A stretch of DNA of 64,000 nt. Source: an uncultured virus (IMG/VR IMGVR_UViG_3300011635_000012). Taxonomy: Duplodnaviria > Heunggongvirae > Uroviricota > Caudoviricetes. A model generated the notes under the pieces. That model was not told where the DNA came from. It saw only the letters and a program-made list of their open reading frames with translations, and made no database searches. A program made the translations under genes and the position numbers. The stretch lies in IMG/VR virus record IMGVR_UViG_3300011635_000012, one strand, 5' to 3'. Positions 59,671-64,000 of the stretch are shown piece after piece. How positions within the stretch are numbered: position 1 is the stretch's first letter; every line of letters starts with the position of its first letter.

Positions 59671-60287
59671 GTCAGTTTTTCTATATTCATCCGGATAATC
59701 CGCAGCCGCGCCTGATTAATCAGGCCGTGGAGATCGTGCGTAAAGGGGGCGTTATCGTCTACCCGACGGATTCGGGTTATGCGCTGGGCTGTAAGATTGA
59801 AGATAAAGCGGCGATGGAGCGCATTTGCCGTATTCGCCAGTTGCCGGACGGTCACAACTTTACCCTGATGTGCCGGGATCTCTCTGAGCTATCGACCTAT
59901 GCTTATGTCGATAACGTGGCATTTCGTCTGATTAAAAATAACACGCCGGGCAACTACACCTTCATCCTGAAAGGGACGAAAGAGGTTCCGCGCCGTCTGT
60001 TACAGGAAAAGCGCAAAACCATCGGGATGCGTGTGCCGTCTAACCCGATTGCCCAGGCCTTGCTGGAAACGTTAGGTGAGCCGATGCTCTCAACCTCGCT
60101 GATGCTGCCCGGCAGTGAATTCACCGAGTCCGATCCTGAAGAGATCAAAGACCGTCTGGAAAAGGTGGTTGAGTTGATTATTCATGGCGGTTACCTCGGT
60201 CAGCAGCCGACCACGGTTGTCGATTTAACGGAAGATGCACCGGAAGTGATTCGCGAAGGCGTGGGTGATGTTAAGCCTTTCTTGTAA
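59667..60287 (+). CDS. yciO: YciO (Sua5/YrdC family)
   Basis: YPTDSGYALGC; synteny. Confidence 0.95.
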   Translation: MSQFFYIHPDNPQPRLINQAVEIVRKGGVIVYPTDSGYALGCKIEDKAAMERICRIRQLPDGHNFTLMCRDLSELSTYAYVDNVAFRLIKNNTPGNYTFILKGTKEVPRRLLQEKRKTIGMRVPSNPIAQALLETLGEPMLSTSLMLPGSEFTESDPEEIKDRLEKVVELIIHGGYLGQQPTTVVDLTEDAPEVIREGVGDVKPFL

Positions 60288-60634
60288 AGGTGTAAGCAGC
60301 TATACTACGCGGCCATCAAATCAGGGCATAGCCCTGGTTTGACCTGATTCGACGCCTGTGAAGGCGCACAAGATAAATATTAAATCATGTATAATCAATG
60401 ATTTAATATGTCTCGGTTAATGGTTGTTACTAACTTGTGTGACAGCCATTAGCCACATCGCGACTCTCATCATGTATGTACACCTTTCCCTGCCGTTAAT
60501 GGCTTCATTGGTCAAGCTACGTTCTGGGTATTAATACCGAGGGCTTTATGGCTTCTCTTTTCCAAAATCTGTTAGTTGCGCATTGTATGCACCCTGGTTA
60601 ACCTGAGATTAATCCTAACCACTCAAGGGTGTGC

Positions 60635-60805
60635 ATGGCTATCGGGAAGAGACAGAATCAGAAGGAATCACCTGAGGAAGAGTTAGATCGCTTGCTGGAT
60701 CAACTTGAGTTGACGCCGGATCAGCGTAATTTTATTGATTCTATGCGGGTAAATGAGGACGAAGAGAAAGATGAAAAGTCGCGCTTGTATAGTACCAATA
60801 CGTAG
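60635..60805 (+). CDS. Small acidic protein, 56 aa
   Basis: Hand-translated MAIGKRQNQKESPEEELDRLL... Confidence 0.4.
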   Translation: MAIGKRQNQKESPEEELDRLLDQLELTPDQRNFIDSMRVNEDEEKDEKSRLYSTNT

Positions 60806-60902
60806 CTAACAGTACCTTTTATACTGTAAGTTTAACCAAAGTGGATGTGATTCTCCCCATCAATGCTGACTCATAGATAATAATAGATTAAGGACGTTTA
60901 AC

Positions 60903-61544
60903 ATGAAAACTTATATTGCACTGCTCTTACTTTTCTCAGCTAACTGTATATCTGCACCAGTTCAATTAAACCCTGATTTGAGGTTTTACGACCAAGGAAA
61001 GTTGGTTAAAGAGAAACAGATGGGGAGAACTGGGAAATATGAAATATCCATGAGCGAAGAGGGTAAGATAGGAAATGTTCGATATAGATTCTGGCTATCA
61101 GATGGGTCAGGCACTTTTCAAGGGGAACCTGATAACACATTAGATTTAATTAAAGATAACAGTGATTCTAACTGGTCTTTGCGGTGTGACAGAGACAACA
61201 TGACGGATAAAGTTACGTGCTCAGCTACGAAATACGATCTGACCGTAAGCTATTTTGATAATGGGAGTAAGAGAGTATCCTTGGGAAGTAACAACTACCC
61301 AGATTCAGCTATATATGCAAGGATAGATAATGGCAGCGTAATGCAGGGGCCTGGCGATGGTTATTTTGCTTTGAATGATGGCAAGGATATTATATCTGCT
61401 TTGTTATCAGGTAAAACTGTTAATACTCAGTGGCAGGAATGGCCTTATCAAAGTAACAAAGAAGGTAGTGTCAGCGGCTATGGTTTTAAAGAAGTTTCAG
61501 ACTACATGAATTGGGTTCTGACACAGAAAAAGTCAAAGTCTTGA
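60903..61544 (+). CDS. Exported hypothetical protein
   Basis: Signal peptide, AAGGA RBS. Confidence 0.7.
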   Translation: MKTYIALLLLFSANCISAPVQLNPDLRFYDQGKLVKEKQMGRTGKYEISMSEEGKIGNVRYRFWLSDGSGTFQGEPDNTLDLIKDNSDSNWSLRCDRDNMTDKVTCSATKYDLTVSYFDNGSKRVSLGSNNYPDSAIYARIDNGSVMQGPGDGYFALNDGKDIISALLSGKTVNTQWQEWPYQSNKEGSVSGYGFKEVSDYMNWVLTQKKSKS

Positions 61545-61934
61545 GTATGATAGGTTGTTATGAATTGAGAGGGCTAATGCCCTCTTAGATTATGCTCTTA
61601 AAGCTCAACGCCACTTCATAAGAAAATGAAACTTTTTTCCTGTCATTGCTGGCACTTTAACCGGTTGACCTTGCTCTACGTTGCATAGCGCGAGCGGTAA
61701 CGCCATAATGCTGCTGTTCTGCATTTCCTTCTCTCCGTTGGGAATGTTGAATACGGTAGGGGCGGGCTTCTTGGTGGTTGGCTGCCCCTGCCACTTGTTG
61801 ATCAACTGCTTTTCTAAGATTGGTTGGTAACAGATGACGCTGTATCGTCGTCCCTGCAAACTTCACTACCTGCGTATAAACGCACACCGTAGCACCACAC
61901 CAGATAAAGCTGGTGATCGGCTTTTCTTCCTTCT

Positions 61935-62138
61935 TCAATTTTCTGAATCCTCTGTGTTGAAGGTTTTCGCATAGGGACATTTCCCCTTAGTTACGTAGGT
62001 GAACAGGTAATTGGTGTTCTCATACACACATAGTGTTTTTCCGTTCTCCGTCTGTTCCTCCTGCGGGTTGACCATAGTTATCTGTCCGGCGTAAGTCTGT
62101 AAGCTCATGAGCGCCAGCGTCAGCATAAGATATTTCAT
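61935..62138 (-). CDS. Small secreted protein
   Basis: AGGAGG RBS, signal peptide, two Cys. Confidence 0.65.
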   Translation of the reverse strand: MKYLMLTLALMSLQTYAGQITMVNPQEEQTENGKTLCVYENTNYLFTYVTKGKCPYAKTFNTEDSEN

Positions 62139-62148
62139 GTTTACCTCC

Positions 62149-62709
62149 TTATAAGTCCATCTCATTGATCACACGGCTAACGGCTTGCTTGTCTAAATCC
62201 AGATAGCGCCTGGTGTCAGTGATGTTGCTGTGATTGAGCACGGACATAGCTAAAGCGATGTTGTTTGCTGAACGCTTGTAGATGGCATTCCCGCCAGCTT
62301 TGCGGAAGCTGTGAGCCGATACAGTGCCATGAATCCCGATAGCTTTCGCGGCTTCTGCGATTTGCTTGCTCACCTCTTCGCGTCGTACAGGTGCTTGCTT
62401 GTTCATCGAGCGGTTACGCTGACTTCTGAACACATGCACATCATTGGGAAACTCAGCACGGCGACGAGCGATCATCTGCACCACTGGAGCCGGAAGGGTG
62501 AGGGCTTTACGCTTCCCCGTCTTCTGTTCTTCTATGTCTATCTCTCCGTTTATCACTTCGTCGAAGCGTAAAGCTACGGCATCCCCCACACGCAATACGG
62601 CGGCTTGCATCATTAACGTAACGTCAGCTATCAGGCTTTTGTTATGAGCGTTTAGCCACTCCCTAATCGCTTTGGCTTGCTGTTCGTCTAACACGACTGC
62701 TCTGTTCAT
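62149..62709 (-). CDS. Minimal tyrosine recombinase (catalytic domain only)
   Basis: LRVGD, EQKTGK, HSFRK, LNHS, RRYL. Confidence 0.88.
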   Translation of the reverse strand: MNRAVVLDEQQAKAIREWLNAHNKSLIADVTLMMQAAVLRVGDAVALRFDEVINGEIDIEEQKTGKRKALTLPAPVVQMIARRRAEFPNDVHVFRSQRNRSMNKQAPVRREEVSKQIAEAAKAIGIHGTVSAHSFRKAGGNAIYKRSANNIALAMSVLNHSNITDTRRYLDLDKQAVSRVINEMDL

Positions 62710-64000
62710 TTTACCCTCCCTCAAGGTCACACATCTAAACTTATGAAATAAACAATATGATCATTTTCAGTAAGTTGCAATATAAGTGATCAAAAATAAA
62801 GCTGTCTTGTGTGTGGTAAATGGCTGCACCCTTGCTATCACTGCTTAACGCGATTTTCATGACGTACCCCATTTCCACCCCAGGACTGCCCAAATATCAG
62901 TGATAATCATTATCATTCGCAATATAATCTATCGTGAATCTTTATAAATCAATGACTTGGAAAGTTGAAATATGTGTTTGAACATTGCCAAATCCTCAAC
63001 TCTGCACGAAGAACAGCGGCAACAGCGGAACATCACACTACAGATGGTTTTGTGTGTGGTTATTGCCTATCTCATTGATTTATAAATGATAAATGTAAGG
63101 TTGTTAGGCGAGGGCAGTGCTAACCTGCCTTTATGCACTGATTATGCGGAGTTTATGCACTTGAAACTGATTGTAAAATGAAATGATTAGAATGCTAACT
63201 AAGTGGCGGATTTAGGCATGGAAAATCAGCGGAGTGATCTTTCGAGAATACTCGTTCAACACATGCACCTCTCATGAAAGTGTACATTGTCCACAATGAA
63301 CGCTGTAAGCCTTGCGTGGTGCGGTTTCCGCATAAGGGATGAAAGATACTATGAAAGTGAGAAAGGCGCTCATAGAGCATTACAGGCGGGTTATTTAGCT
63401 ATCATTATTGATAGGTTTAGTCGTTATTAAGGTATGGTTTTAATAGGCTTATTTGCATATAGCCAACAGGAGATTCAGCTTAATCAATAAGTGTCAAAAT
63501 GGCACTCTATGGAAAGATTCGCTTTGCTGGCGTGTATCGCCTGGCAAGGTTCACCAGCCGGATCGGCATCACTGATACCCCTATCAAGTTGCACATGATG
63601 TTTTCGCTGTGGGCGAAGGGCTAATGGGTAATCGACGCGAAGCGCCGGAACCATATTGTTATGCGTTGGCCTCGGTGCCAGGCTCACGCCACGCATGAAA
63701 GACAGCTATCACAGGAGAAATCGTTTTTAGCAAGTTACCTTGATCAAAGGTGCTTCTCCTGTACAGATGCTCGCTACGCTCACTAACACAAATCAAAACC
63801 TCTAACCCTTAATTGAGTTAAGGTTATTAATTGTCTCTTTTGGGCTTCTTACGCCCAAACGTGATTAATGCCATCCAGCGACTACGCCGCTAACAGTATT
63901 CCACAATGATTAATGGCATTCCTTCTTAATGTCATTCACGGATCTTGATTAACCACCAACCAAATAACCACCCTAAATCATTTAGGCTGTCTATTTACCA

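Larger units (their letters stand above)
60367..64000. mobile_element. Accessory island downstream of yciO (continues beyond the window)
   Basis: GC drop after CGCCTGTGAAGGCG; rluB not present; recombinase gene. Confidence 0.55.

Noticed and set aside
60608..60630. T3/T7-like promoter resemblance (TTAATCCTAACCACTCAAGGG)
   Set aside because: Single, weak match with no tandem copies

Overview
Enterobacteriaceae chromosome (Enterobacter-like by trp/yci sequences; not verified). Positions ~72-50500 are the right ~50 kb of a cos-type lambdoid prophage: DicA/DicC-like immunity, O/DnaC replication, nin-like region, Q, lysis, cos, head and lambda-like tail genes. Its recE-like gene is cut by an IS911-type end at the window start. 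The main feature is a ~10.8 kb PICI-like satellite (20341-31127) integrated inside the helper's ClpP-major capsid fusion gene, at a 12-bp direct repeat ATGATGATCCAT that encodes the ClpP catalytic-His motif. Excision would restore the gene in frame. The satellite carries an integrase, AlpA, a P4-like primase and ori, its own ClpP-capsid paralog (recoded at the att motif), a copy of the helper cos, a mini small-terminase HTH, a decayed tail gene I fragment and low-GC candidate defence genes. The helper also carries an OLD-like ATPase-TOPRIM plus DNA adenine methylase pair, a C5 methylase with a nested out-of-frame ORF, a putative structured RNA before cos and a three-cassette invertible tail-fibre locus. 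After the probable attR come a relic invertase half and a C4/IsrK-like RNA with a Bro-N antirepressor, then the trp operon, yciV and yciO, and the start of another island with a small tyrosine recombinase. All family calls are from motif recognition by eye; no searches were run.
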